DNA of 64,000 nt, taken from Octopus sinensis (Eukaryota). The notes under the pieces were generated by a model. The model saw only the letters and a program-made list of their open reading frames with translations. It searched no databases and was not told where the DNA came from. The stretch's first letter is position 1; each line of letters starts with the position of its first letter. Both the position numbers and the translations under genes were made by a program. Below, in pieces: positions 50,094 to 63,640 of this stretch. The stretch spans positions 23,994,001-24,058,000 of the forward strand of contig NC_042997.1 in NCBI RefSeq assembly GCF_006345805.1, read 5' to 3'.

Positions 50094-51843
50094 GGTTTAC
50101 TAGTTTGGTTTTTGATAAGATCTTCCATGAAATGTTAAATATTGTATTAGAGTTCTTCAGCTGGAATGCCTGATGGAAAAATTGTGTTGGTTGTATAATT
50201 TTTTAAAAGAGTACCACTCAAAGCCAGAATCTAGTTCTTTGACAGTGCATAACTCATCGAAAACACATTCGTACCTGTTAATACCATTGCAATAAAATGA
50301 AGGATTTTTATTGTTTTGGTCACTATTAAGCTTTGTCTATACAAAATTGTATGTAGAGTAATGCAATGTTCGGGAAGTGTTTTTGTAGGAACTTAAATGT
50401 GTTTTACTGCTGGAGCGAATGACTAGTGATTGAATAGTAGGTTATACGTGTTAACTGATCTCTTTTTTATTTATGTGTCTGTCTTAAGAAATAAATGTAT
50501 TTTGTATACACTTAATTTTATCTCTCGGGCCACTTTTCAATAATGATTTCTTATATTGGCTAGCCGAGTCAGGGAAACTTGCTTCGTTCGAAGACAATGA
50601 AGATATTCTTTAACCAGGTTTGAAAAATATTTACTTACTTAATGTATATACTTTGAAGTGAATTATATTTACACATATATATCATAGTATCAACCAACTT
50701 GCTAAAATTAGAAAGATATCTGAGCAAGCAACATACTTAATTTGTCAGTGAGTGCATTGTTAACTTTTAACGAAACTTATTGCTTACTAGAAACTATCCA
50801 CAAATGTTTTGGATCTATTTGAATGAATTGTTTCATAGTTTGTTCTACTGGAAAACTGCAAATGAATATTATATTAGCGATAAAAACTAATTTTACATGC
50901 TTAAAGGGAAAATTTGATTTTTGTTTCTAGACAAAGAACAGCTATGGTTATATTTTTTTCATTGAGATCTCATCAGCGTCGTATAGTCATATCAATCTTG
51001 TCTGATCATTCGGCAAAAATACTTACATATCAAGAAAAAATTATAATTATTTAAAAATTGAAACAAAAAAGACTAATGAGGAGGAATAGCTGAAATGCGT
51101 CAACGGTATGAATTTAAACAAATAAATTATGAGCTGGATAAAATAGGCTGTATGTATAAGCAAATCTTAATCAAAATCTCTTTTTAAGCTGGAGAAAGTC
51201 AACCAAAACCTTGTCACAATTTTTAGTGGCCCCAAAAGGGGAGATAATACTCTTACCGTTAATTTGCATTATGAGGGGAATATCCTGATTTTTCATAGCT
51301 GACAGAGGAAACTAAGGACAAGTTTCGCTCTATTAGACATCATCAGAGTAGTATAGTGTGCTATGGTTTGTCTCATCAACTAACAAATATTTCTACACAG
51401 ATAAATTTACGCGTAGATACAGAAACCAGACTTTAAAATATTTACTCCCGATCATATTACCATACTTTTGAATAAATTTTCCTTTATTATTTTATGTCAT
51501 ATTGTAAAAAAATCAAGTTGATATTTACGTTTCTCTCCATGAAATTTCCATAAATATTTAAATAAATACTACTGCCACACAATATGACGTAATGGCTACG
51601 GTGTTAGGTTTATGATCATGAAGTCGTGTGTTCGATTTCTTTATGGCGATGTCTTATATCTTTGACACAAGTACTGTATTTTTCGACTTTCTAGTTTTCT
51701 CAACGACAAATGAGTATCAAGTCGATGGATGATGCGGCTCTATTTTCTTCTAGCTGCCAGAACCTTGATACAACTTCTGGATCAGTTGTGAGTGGTCAGA
51801 GAAGTTATATTTGCTCGTAACTATATAGATATCCAAAACAGAG

Positions 51844-52218
51844 TGGAGGCGCAATGGCCCAGTGGTTAGGGCAGCGGACTCGCGGTCATAGGGTCGCGGT
51901 TTCGATTCCCAGACCGGGCGTTGTGAGTGTTTATTGAGCGAAAACACCTAAAGCTCCACGAGGCTCCGGCAGGGGATGGTGGTGATCCCTGCTGTACTCT
52001 TTCACCACAACTTTCTCTCACTCTTACTTCCTGTTTCTGTTGTACCTGTATTTCAAAGGGCCGGCCTTGTCACTCTCTGTGTCACGCTGAATATCCCCGA
52101 GAACTACGTTAAGGGTACACGTGTCTGTGGAGTGCTCAGCCACTTACACGTTAATTTCACGAGCAGGCTGTTCCGTTGATTCGGATCAACCGGAACCCTC
52201 GTCGGAGTGCTTCCATCC
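51844..52218 (+). mobile_element. SINE family D lacking the 3' stem-loop
   Basis: 13-bp TSD atccaaaacagag at 51831-51843 and 52219-52231; 12-nt deletion near the 3' end. Confidence 0.95.
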
Positions 52219-52627
52219 ATCCAAAACAGAGAGAGCGTTGGACGATACCAGATTACAATTGCATATGAATGACCGCTATAGGGTTCTATTATTTTCCCTG
52301 ATAAATTATATCATTTAAAACTTTTTATTTCTTTCCTAATATTCACGTGAAAATATTTTTGTAGGGTGGGATATCATGCAGGAAAAATACGAATTAATGC
52401 GTCGAGGTATTGTAAAACTGAAACGGTAAGCAAGGAATTAGAACTAATTGGTATAAACATTACTAATCCTTTATTCTTTAGGCACAAGGCCTTAAATTTT
52501 GAGGGAAGAGAGTAGTCGATTTTATGGACCTCAGCACTCAACTGGTACTTATTTCGTCACTCCAGAGAGAACGAAAGATAAGGTTGACATCGGCGGAATT
52601 GAACGGATATAGATAATACAGATAATG

Positions 52628-53005
52628 TAGGTGAGTGGCAAGAAACTTGCTTCCCAACCACATGATTCCGGGTTCAGTCACACTGCGTGACCTCTTAAGT
52701 GAAGTGTTTTCTATTATAACCACGGACCGATTAAAGCTTTCTGAGTGGATTTGCTAGACAGAAGCCGAAAGACGCACGTCCTCTGTGTGTGTGTGTGTAT
52801 TTTCGTGTCTGAGTTTGTCCCACAGTATTACTTAACAACCGGTTTTGAAGTGTTTAAGTCCCTTAACTTAGCGCTTCGTCAAAAGAACCAATAGACTGAG
52901 TACCAAGCTTAAATCAATGTACTAATTAGTTCCATTAAAAATTATTCAATGTGATGCCCCAGTATGACCGTTGTGTAATGGCTGAAACAAATAAAAAGAG
53001 TAAGA
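52628..53005 (+). mobile_element. Decayed SINE family C
   Basis: gagtggcaagaaacttgc...gggttcagtc...gccccagtatgaccg...ctgaaacaaataaaaagag. Confidence 0.8.
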
Positions 53006-53090
53006 ATACCTTAAATTGAAATGTTTAACCAGTAAACTAGTTTAGGTGTTTTAAAACAAATCTAATGCTTCATGAAATCTGGGAATCTGG

Positions 53091-53426
53091 GACCCCCTTC
53101 GGTCACGACACTGACCATGGGATTGCACCTAGAAAGTTACCCTCCTAGTCACAAGTCTGGGCAAGGTGGTTTTATGGAAGACCAGCAGTCGTCCATGCAT
53201 ACCGGCCTCCCCTCTCCACGCCACCAGTGTTATCCAAGGGAAAGGCAAAGGCCGATACAGCTTGGCACCCGTGACGTCGCAACTCATTTCTACAGCTGAG
53301 TGAACTGGAGCAACGTGAAATAAAGTGTCTTGCTCAAGAACACAACACGCAGCCCGGTCCGTGATTCGAGGTCACAACCTCACGATCGTAAACTCGACGC
53401 TCTAACCACTGAGCCATGCGCCTTCA
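53091..53426 (-). mobile_element. SINE family A, well preserved
   Basis: Minus-strand head tgaaggcgcatggctcagtggttagagcg; homologous to 1213-1530. Confidence 0.88.
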
Positions 53427-53759
53427 TGAGCCATAGAAAAATATGTATGTCAATTACTTAATAGATATTCTCTTTCTAATCGTTGTTGCAGAGATATATG
53501 TCCGTATTATGAAAACAGAAAACCAGTTGTCATGATTCTGCGCTGCATGGAAGTGGGAACTGTCATTTATATAATAGCTGTGGTAACGGATTCAGATCAT
53601 CGGGAGGAGAGAGATATCATCTTTATCTTTCGGCTCATTAACAAGATGTTGCAATCTATATTATTGACAAGACCTCATCATATATGCTTATATAAACACT
53701 TACCCACATCCACCCAAATATACTCTATTTATATGTAAATATGTGTGAATATATACACC

Positions 53760-53778
53760 TGTACATATTCCATATTTA

Positions 53779-53824
<46 letters not shown>

Positions 53825-53942
53825 ATATATTGTATGTATGTATGTATGTATGTATGTATGTATGTATGTATGTGAATATGCATATATATTTTACATACAA
53901 TGATATAGACACATGTATGAACATAGATAGATTGACAATAGG

Positions 53943-53975
<33 letters not shown>

Positions 53976-54017
53976 CGATCGATAGATAGATAGATAGAAA
54001 GATATAATATATAATAG

Positions 54018-54054
<37 letters not shown>

Positions 54055-54199
54055 ATATTATATATATATATATATACTCATATACACATGTACATATTAA
54101 TGTCTGTTTTCCCGAGAAGTTATACATGAACAATTTTATATTAACTAGAAAAACCACTCACTACTGTACCTATGTATGTGTGTATGTATGTATATATAT

Positions 54200-54252
<53 letters not shown>

Positions 54253-54315
54253 TGTGTTTGTATGTATGTATGAATTTATGTGTGTTTATATACATACATA
54301 CATACATACATACAT

Positions 54316-54377
<62 letters not shown>

Positions 54378-54380
54378 GTA
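53760..54380. repeat. Compound microsatellites (TA),(TATG),(GATA)
   Basis: Visible low-complexity repeats. Confidence 0.92.
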
Positions 54381-55022
54381 TCAGAATTGTGTTAAGTCTT
54401 TTACGATTCATAACTACTTTTATAATTCCAAGACATAATTCTGATACTGAAAAAAAATGGAAAGTTTGTTTGCATATTTTATTCGATAATATTCTAAAAC
54501 ATGCCAAAAGACTTTTAAAATAGCTGGCTCCAATAGCCCGGTTTATTTTTACACATGTAAATTCTTTTTTTTCTTTTTATTTTTTGGGTACCTGAAGAGA
54601 GCTAGCATCGTTGAATAGTATCAAAATGAAACTATAAAATTAGAAAAACAAAATATATGATATATTCTTATCAACAATGTGAATTTATTCACTCTAATTA
54701 TCACCCTATCTATAAATAAAGTGCAGACTAGTTTTTAAGTACCATTCTACTATACTATACAAAGAAAATTTCACATAATATCTCACTCATTTAATCCTCT
54801 ATTTTTTTCCTTGAAAACAATGTGTAGCCGATAGACTTTAAATGGATATCCAGCTGGCGTTTGTTTTCTAAGCTTAATATTTAAATCTAGGAACGGAGAC
54901 GTATGAATCTAGCTTTAAAACTTCTGAAAACGTTTTTGCGCCACCAACATCTTATCCACAACACTTAACACTTGGTTATGAACTGAAGGTTCTGTATTAG
55001 TTTCAGTATAGAAAATATTTGG

Positions 55023-55417
55023 TGGAGGCGCAATGGCCCAGTGGCCCAGTGGTTAGGGCAGCGGACTCGCGGTCATAGGATCGCGGTTTCGATTCCCAGA
55101 CCGGGCGTTGTGAGTGTTATTGAGCGAAAACACCTAAAGCTCCACGAGGCTCCGGCAGGGGATGGTGGTGATCCCTGCTGTACTCTTTCACCACAACTTT
55201 CTCTCACTCTTACTTCCTGTTTCTGTTGTACCTGTATTTCAAAGGGCCGGCCTTGTCACTCTCTGTGTCACGCTGAATATCCCCGAGAACTACGTTAAGG
55301 GTACACGTGTCTGTGGAGTGCTCAGCCACTTACACGTTAATTTCACGAGCAGGCTGTTCCGTTGATTCGGATCAACCGGAACCCTCGTCGTCGTAATCGA
55401 CGGAGTGCTTCCATTCC
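55023..55417 (+). mobile_element. SINE family D with an 8-nt duplication (ggcccagt) in the A-box region
   Basis: Otherwise near-identical to the other D copies; flanks share aatatttg (55014-55021 and 55423-55430). Confidence 0.95.
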
Positions 55418-55640
55418 ATAAGAATATTTGACCTGGTTGATATACTCTGAGACTTATTTCATGGTAGATTTTCGTTTCGTCCTCTCCATGTTCATTTTTC
55501 ATATCACGCAAGTGCTGACGTGCCATTGTGCTGATAAAGTACCAGTTATATACTAAACGAATTGAATCACTTCTTTCTCTCCTCAAACATGTTTAGCATA
55601 TACCAATGTAAGTTATCCTACATTAACATAAGCTGTTTCT

Positions 55641-55748
55641 ATCGCAAACTGAACGCACCGGTACTCGTCCGATCACCGAAATTAAGCAGCATCGAGTCTA
55701 GTTAGTACTTAGCTGGGTGACCGCTTGGGAAACCTAGCTGCTGTAAGC
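55641..55748 (+). pseudogene. 5S rRNA pseudogene or dispersed variant (5' ~10-18 nt decayed)
   Basis: Gap-free alignment by eye to positions 19-118 of animal 5S rRNA: ctgaacgcaccggtactcgtccgatcaccgaaattaagcagcatcgagtctagttagtacttagctgggtgaccgcttgggaaacctagctgctgtaagc. The 5' stem-I strand is not conserved. Confidence 0.88.
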
Positions 55749-55762
55749 ATTCTTCATTTTCA

Positions 55763-56160
55763 TAGGCGCCGGAGTGGCTGTGTGGTAAGTAGCTTGCTTA
55801 CCAACCACATGGTTCCGTGTTCAGTCACACTGCGTGGCACCTTGGGCAAGTGTCTTCTACTATATACCTCGAGCCGACCAAAGCCTTGTGAGTGGATTTG
55901 GTAGACGGAAACTGAAAGACGCCCGTCGTATATATGTATATATATATATATGTGTGTGTCTGTATGTGTTTGTGTATCTGTGTTTGTCACCCCAACATCA
56001 CTTGACAGCCGATGCTGGTGTGGTTACGTTCCCGTAACTTAGCGGTTCGGCAAAAAGAGACCGATAGAATAAGTACTAGGCTTATCGATTTCCTCAACTA
56101 AAGGCGGTGCTCCAGCATGGCCGCAGTCAAATGTCTGAAACAAGTAAAAGAATAAAAAAA
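55763..56160 (+). mobile_element. SINE family C with a short internal TA/TG tract
   Basis: Full head and tail, with a small deletion in the tail. Confidence 0.92.
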
Positions 56161-56499
56161 AAAAGATATCTAGCACTAATTACAGTTTTCTTGATTTCCT
56201 TCAAGGATTACTGAAACACTGAAACAGCTTGGTTATCAGTGCCTATTAAATTACTTTGATGATTTATTAATGTAATACGTTTATAACATTAAGGTAGGCT
56301 GTAGTTTTTGTATCGGTAACACATTTGATTGTTAGGTATGTGTAACTCAGTTTTTGACTTAATCTCCTTTACACCAACTTACTGTTTTTATTATTTCTCA
56401 TTTTTGAAAACTAAATTTCCAAATAATCATATAACTTAATCCTCTAGTCGTATAAAACGGAGAAACCAGTTGTTTTACACTTCATTTTACATATAGAGA

Positions 56500-57136
56500 T
56501 AGTCCATTGTCACTCCTATATTCTGCATCCAGATCTGGTTGGTTTATGATGCTGGTTAAAAGTGCCACAGAGTCGCTGAGATGTTGACATAATCCATTTT
56601 CTCCTGCGGGTTGGTTTTCCCTTTAACAATTTTGCATTTCATTCGGATTTGTAGGTTTGTCTTTCATTAAAATATGTACTTCAGATACCTTCCAATTATT
56701 GGAGGAGCTTTTCTAATAACCAATGTTTCCAGATTCCAGAGTAAAGATCAGTGTCAAACCTTCCAGTATTCTTTACTTTCTACGGCCTTACTTCTTCACT
56801 TACGATTTTATTGATCAACAACTAACCTTTACTTGGGTTTATGCTCTAACATGAGACGTTTTAAAGAAATATATATATACTTCTCTCTCTGATCTGACTA
56901 CTGTGACTGCTACATACATTAGTTGATTATATATTCTTATATTTATATTCACATCTATTTCCAGTTCCATGTTGACCCAGTTTGCATTCTTTCCCTTGTT
57001 TCTTTATAGCTCGGTGATATTCTTGAAATGGTTTCTCATTGGTCCACAGGATGATCTATTGATTTTTAACTCTATTTCCAGCTTTAGATTATTGTTGTAT
57101 TCAAAATATTCTAACTTTAGAGTTTCCTATCCTTAG
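56500..57136 (-). pseudogene. Highly decayed LINE apurinic-endonuclease domain (RTE-like)
   Basis: Motif remnants in the right order and spacing (~210 codons): LRIGNSKVR (cf. LRIGTWNVR), KPTRRRKW (cf. RRKWTW), RSDN (cf. SDH). Many stops and frameshifts. Confidence 0.35.
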
Positions 57137-58099
57137 ATCTTTCTCATATTCAGTAGTTGCTTCCACATTCAAGTTCGGCTTTTGTTCGTCAAGTGTCTGC
57201 TGCGATGCTGGAATTTATTTTGTTATTTCCATAGTTTCGCTTGCAGAAAATCTTCGTAATTTTTTCTCAGTATTTTAGACTTTATGTATATTTTGTGTTT
57301 ATATTTCATTCGATTGCTTTATATTTTGTATTTACATTACGTATCCATGCGTTTAAGAGCACAACCTTTAAGACTGCTATCTTTTGGTTATAAATTTGTG
57401 TATTCTTAAATTTGTATTTCGTGATCCGAAATTACTATCGTTCAGGATAATTTTTCTCCCTATATTATCTGTTTATATTTATACTCGATATTAACTTTGG
57501 ATCAACACACGAATTTAATCTGTTACTGAAGTACAGCGTTGCGATAATATGCAGGTCACCTCTAAGGTATTCAATAAACCTTACAACAATATAAATACTG
57601 TTGTATGTTTTATTGTGTACCTACACTTGAAAATCTTGATGATACGTAAATAAGATGAAAATCTTTTTTACGTATCAAATTCAAAGTACGTCATGTGCTT
57701 TTAACCATACTTCGAAATCTATCTATTTCGAATGAAAACAGTACTGCTTTCATTTGTATTGACTCCCTACAAAGGATATTGCTCCGTTTGTTTTTAACCT
57801 GTCTCCAACGAAAGGTTCTGCAGGAAAACAAATGCTTTTCATTTTCATAGGGTCTACTTTTTATTAGCAAATTTAAATGCCACATTTATAGTGTGAAAAA
57901 GGCGCCCGATGACCAGGTAATATCGTCAAACCGAGCGACAGATGAAGAGTACTACAGAACCACTTAGAACACAATGAACCAGAACAAATATCACGAGGTA
58001 TCTGGTTGAACGCTCTAACGATTTTGCCTATCCACAGACTTGAACTGATATTATATCTTATCGATTCCGAAAAGACGGGAATCAATTCATTTCAGGTGG

Positions 58100-58123
58100 A
58101 TTTGAACTAACAGACACACTATA

Positions 58124-58180
<57 letters not shown>

Positions 58181-58203
58181 GTATGTATGTGTGTGTGTGT
58201 GTG

Positions 58204-58255
<52 letters not shown>

Positions 58256-58440
58256 ATATATATATACATTATTACACACAAACATATATATATAATATAT
58301 ATATGTGTGTGTGTGTGTATGTATTGTTGTTGTTGAGGCCTATGATATATAAACTAATTTGATAAATATATTTATATATTTATACGTATGTGTGTATACA
58401 TAAATGTATGTATATTATATCTTATATATATTATTTTATA
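58100..58440. repeat. (TA)/(TG) microsatellite field
   Basis: Visible low-complexity repeats. Confidence 0.92.
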
Positions 58441-60164
58441 TTATTTCTCAAAGAAGGTATTTACACGACCAAATATTTCTAGATTCTGAAAACTTAGTAT
58501 ACTTATAGACATAGTCAACTTATCTTGAGATTCAGTTTTGCATTTCATATACATTATTGGCAAACGTAAGAATATGTATAGCAATTATGCTATAAAGGCA
58601 TGTTTTATTATTTCAGTTCCGTATCTAACTCCGTGCAACCGCTTATATACAATATTATCTCAATTCAACATTTCCCTGTCAACTATTTAAATTCTGTTTT
58701 ACCATTATTCGTATGAAAATGGGTTATTCTACAATTTTCAAACAAATGGCTCGGTAATGTCAGTCGGTAGGAAGACTTCAACTTATCAATGTCTAAGAGA
58801 GAGTCATATATCTGTCTGTAAACGTACATAGATCCGCATGAATCTAAAGATGTTAACTTCTGTTTAAATTATTTGAGTTATTCCTATAAAGAACCAGCTC
58901 ACTTCTAACAATGAAATTAGACTCGTTGCTTGAATTTGGATAGCAATTACGATGATACTTACACAGTATACTTTACATCTATAGTGTAAACTGCATAGTT
59001 TTACTGTTTGGATTACAGATTGTATTTGTATACTGCGTATTAGCTGGTGATTTTCTTTCTACGAAAAATCGAACTTTTCGAGACTGTTACTTAGACATTT
59101 ACTGACATAGCAAAGTACGGCAAAAGTTATCGGTTTAAATGTAAGTTTATAATATGTGTAATGCGGTTAAAGGTCTCAAATATCCAGACAGTAAATTATA
59201 ATTTTAAGAAAAATGCTCACATGTGCTGGGCAGCTGCGCATAGTGACAGAACCTTATCTCTTCTCCAAAACAAGATTAAGTTTCTTTTGTCTTTACTTGG
59301 AAGTTTTGTTGGGAATCTTCCACCAATATTCCTTCTGTAGCTCCATATGTATGTCTTAAATAAAAGAGATATTTTCTATATTTATCCCTGAGTACTTGTA
59401 CCTTCGGAGATACGTAACATTTTCTTTCACTTCTTCGGCTTTTAGTGCTTCGCAATATATTTTGCTCAGATGATATTTGGTAGATTTCCCAAAAGCGAAA
59501 AAGAATCGTTCGAAACGTGACGTGTTCCAACGGTCTCGAGAACTACACAAATGACAAATGATTTTAAAAGTTCATGCCATAAATAAACTTTTGGGATATG
59601 CATGATGTTTTTCTCCCAAGTCTGTGGAGATAAGCTGATCGTGCAGATCCTGAGTCGTATGAGAGTTTATCAGAAAGGGAATACTACTCGAGGAGTTCAC
59701 TATAGATGCTTATGATGTTGGACTATTCAGTTTTGTATTCATGCTGATACTGTTTGAGTGATACAATGCAACATTCAAAGGCTGTCTACTCTGATCTTAA
59801 GCACATTCCTCCTTCTTTTCTCCTTAGATAAAGTCTCTTAATATCACTACTTTTATGTGTGGTACGAAATCATAAATTAGCTAGAAGACAAGACAACTCA
59901 ATTCAGTCGGGATAAGTATTTATTCACCTACAAATGATGAAAAGCGTAAAACCGACCAAGGTAAGAAGTTTCACGATTTCTTACGATAATGCAAAGGATT
60001 TTGTCAGGCAATCAACTCAAACTGTCGTTTATTGCCTTCAACGAACTGGAAATGTTCAGTGATCCACTAATTATATTTTTCAAATAATAAAGTTTTGATA
60101 TCATTATTTGCTTCGACGTTAGTCGCTTCATTTCTTTTATGCTTTCTTGTGGACATGCCCCTTC

Positions 60165-60197
<33 letters not shown>

Positions 60198-60354
60198 ATC
60201 TCTCTCTTCACACACATACACGAACATAAAGACACATACATACACGTATACACTCATATATACGTATATATGTACACATATATACACATACACATATATA
60301 CGTATATATGTACACATACACGCACATATTCGTATATATACACACATACACAAA

Positions 60355-60416
<62 letters not shown>

Positions 60417-60845
60417 CGTACGCGCGCATACACACACATATATACACACGTGCATGTGCTTGTGTTATTTTTAGAAATTTTTTCATTGTTTGCAGTCGGA
60501 AATAGATAAATATAAAAGTTGTGTTATTTTCTAACCTAAGCCTGTCAAAGTTCACAATGCTTTGTTGTAGCCTAATACTTTTTTTTTTACCATTCCTGTC
60601 AAAAATGACAAGGACAAGACAACTAGGATATTCTGTTACGTAAACTGGATCATTAACTTAGCAGGAGACCTTCCATTTGGAGGTTAATTACAAACGTTTC
60701 TTTCCTTTCTAAATCACCTGGAAAAACAATGATCTGTTTTCACTATTTTGTTGTTTTACACTTCCTGGTGAATGTTTTGCATGCGCATGGCTGATTTGTC
60801 AATGTATGTATGATGGTGTATGGTTGAATGTGCTTGTGGGCGTTC

Positions 60846-60883
<38 letters not shown>

Positions 60884-61173
60884 TTTTGTATCTGTGTGTA
60901 TTTGTATGTGTGCTTGTGTATCTGTGTGTGTGCATGCGCGCGCGTCACTTCTTGTATCATATTGTAGAACGATAGCAAGCCTCTAACGAATCGATTACGT
61001 GATGCTGGTTCGTTCTGCAACGGCGGCATTTAATATACTAATAACTAACAAACAGTTGTCACCTACTTCTAGCACCACTGTGACTCCCACTAAGCTAACT
61101 TAGAAGGTTTTTTTTAGTTACGATGCCGACATTTTCTTTTTCAATGTGTCGTTCACTTTTTTAAGCTGTCGGG

Positions 61174-61368
61174 TGCGAAGGCGCGTGGCTTAGTGGTTAG
61201 GAGTACCCGGCTTACGATCGTACGGTCATGAGTTCGATTCCCGTTGAGCGACTTGTGTCCTTAAGCAAGATACGTTAAATCGCGTTACTCAAGTCCACTC
61301 AGCTGACAAAAGTAAGTTGAACAAGTAATCCAAAATTGCGGGCCTTGTGCCTAGAGTAGAAAAGAATA
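61174..61368 (+). mobile_element. SINE with a family-A-like head and the B2-type tail
   Basis: gcgaaggcgcgtggcttagtggttagg...gagttcgattccc...gtccactcagctg, then aaaattgcgggccttgtgcctagagtagaaaag. Confidence 0.65.
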
Positions 61369-61395
61369 TTTAGTTGAAAGTAAAACTTAATGAAT

Positions 61396-61430
61396 ACTAG
61401 CAGTGCACCCTGGCTTTGCCCTGGTGTTAT
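61396..61430 (-). mobile_element. Isolated Helitron-like 3' terminus
   Basis: Minus strand: caccagggcaaagccagggtgcactgCTAG|T; the 5' end was not located. Confidence 0.4.
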
Positions 61431-61934
61431 GACCTAAGGCCACGTATTTGTTCCTTTCTTATGAGCAGAATCGACACATGAGGAAAATGAGGCAAATATC
61501 TCTTCTTTATAAATATGTTTTTCGGTCATTTCCTCATGAACAATGCTACAGTTTCCTTCTACCAAATTCAGTCACAAGTCGGTGGTTGGCCTAGAGATAT
61601 AGTAGAAAACACTTGTCCAAGGTACTATGCAGAAGAACTGAACGTAGAACCATGCAGTTAGGAAGCAAACTTCTCAAGCACACAGTCATTCTTGCACCTC
61701 ATGTGTGTGTGTGTGTGTGTGTGCGTGTTTGTGTTTGTGTGTGTGTGCGTGTTTGTGTATGTGTGTGTGTTTACATTTGTTGTCCCACTATGCCTCAAAG
61801 TTAGTAGTTCGTCAAGCTGATTTCTATGAAATAAATGCCAGATTGAAATACATACTGAGGTCAGTATGAACAATTAAACATTTGAAGATGATACCCCATC
61901 ATCGCGGCCGTCGAAAGACTAAACCCAGTAAAAT

Positions 61935-62978
61935 AATCTTTTCTACTCTAGAAGCAAGGCTCGAAATTTTAGGGGAGGGGGACAGTGGATTAGATCGATC
62001 CAATCCGCAGCTGGTACTTAATTTATCGACCCCGAAAGAATGAAAGGCAAAGTCGACCTCGGCGGAATTGAACTCAGAATGTAAAGACAGACGAAATACT
62101 GCTAAGTATTTCGTCCAGCGTGCTAGGGTGTAGTGCTAGTAGTGAGAAAGATGTCCAGATTTCTTTTAAAATTATTGTGCAAGATATTCTTTTCTTTTCT
62201 ACTCTAGGCACAAGGCTCGAAATTTGGGGGAAGGGTGGGGGCAGTCGATTAGATCGACCCCAGTTGCATACTAGTACACAATTTATCGACCCAGAAAAGA
62301 CGAAAGGCAAAGTCGACCTCGGCGGAAATTGAATTCAGAACGTGAAGGCAGACGAAATACCTCTTTCTATTTCTTTACTACCCACAAGGGGCTAAACACA
62401 GAAGGGACAAACAAGGACAGATAAACGGATTAAGTCGATTATATCGACCACAGTGCGTGACTGGTTCTTATTTAATCGACCTCGAAAGGATGAAAGGCAA
62501 AGTCGACCTCGGCGGAAATTGAATTCAGAACGTGAAGGCAGACGAAATACCTCATTCTATTTCTTTACTACCCACAAGGGGCTAAACACAGAAGGGACAA
62601 ACAAGGACAGATAAACGGATTAAGTCGATTATATCGACCACAGTGCGTGACTGGTTCTTATTTAATCGACCTCGAAAGGATGAAAGGCAAGTCGACCTCG
62701 GCGAAATTGAATTCAGAACGTGAAGGCAGACGAAATACCTCATTCTATTTCTTTACTACCCACAAGGGGCTAAACACAGAAGGGACAAACAAGGACAGAT
62801 AAACGGATTAAGTCGATTATATCGACCACAGTGCGTGACTGGTTCTTATTTAATCGACCTCGAAAGGATGAAAGGCAAAGTCGACCTCGGCGGAATTTGA
62901 ACTCAGAACGTAACGGCAGACGAAATACGGCTACGGATTTCGCCCGGCGCACTAACGGTTCTGCCAGCTCACCGCCTT
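61935..62978 (-). repeat. SINE-B cluster ending in a near-identical 188-190-bp tandem array
   Basis: B2 copies at ~61935-62125 and ~62195-62365. Repeat-unit starts at 62302, 62492, 62682 and 62870. The complete 5' head ends at 62978. Confidence 0.93.
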
Positions 62979-63640
62979 ATTGTGCAAACTATATTTTGAG
63001 AAAAAGTTGTTTTCTTTTTTCACCACAAACACACACACACACAGGTGTCTCTGTGGTAACTTGCGCTACTGCAAATCGCAGACAAATCTTTCTTTAAACA
63101 CACCCTTTCATAAAAAGAATGATAGAGAGGACAGTCGATTACATTCACTCCAATACTCATTTGGTACTCATTATATCGTCCCCAAGAGAATGGATTTGAA
63201 TTTAAACTCAGAATCTAAGAACAGACGAAATGCCACTAAATATTTTCCCCGGCGTGTTAACGATTCTGTCAGGCCGTTGCCTTACGTTGAATTTTAAAAT
63301 AAACATACTTTTATACAGACATGGACTTAAAATACAGTTGAGTTGTTACAAAACATTTAGCATTATTGCTTGTCGAGATTCTGCGAATTTGGCATTTATA
63401 AGGAGGTAAGAAATTATAGGTAATTTATTTTAAATCTATATCTTGGTTGCAAATAGATAGCTAAATATTAAAATGGAAAGGGAAGGTGCGGATCGATTAT
63501 AAAGCGCGGAAAATATATATCTAGATTATTTTGAAATAAATCGCCTAAAGGCTTTGTACTTTTAAAGCAGAAACGAAAATAATGATCATTATTTACATTA
63601 TTTACATTCGACGGATATTTGTGCTCATCTTGTTTGTTGT

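Noticed and set aside
59276-59560. Possible MULE transposase C-terminal remnant (RWNTSRF...EALKAEE)
   Set aside because: A single loose motif with no TIRs found; needs HMM evidence.
61935-62978. Regularly spaced repeats resembling a CRISPR array or satellite with spacers
   Set aside because: Whole units are near-identical SINE fragments with no unique spacers, there are no cas genes, and the context is eukaryotic.
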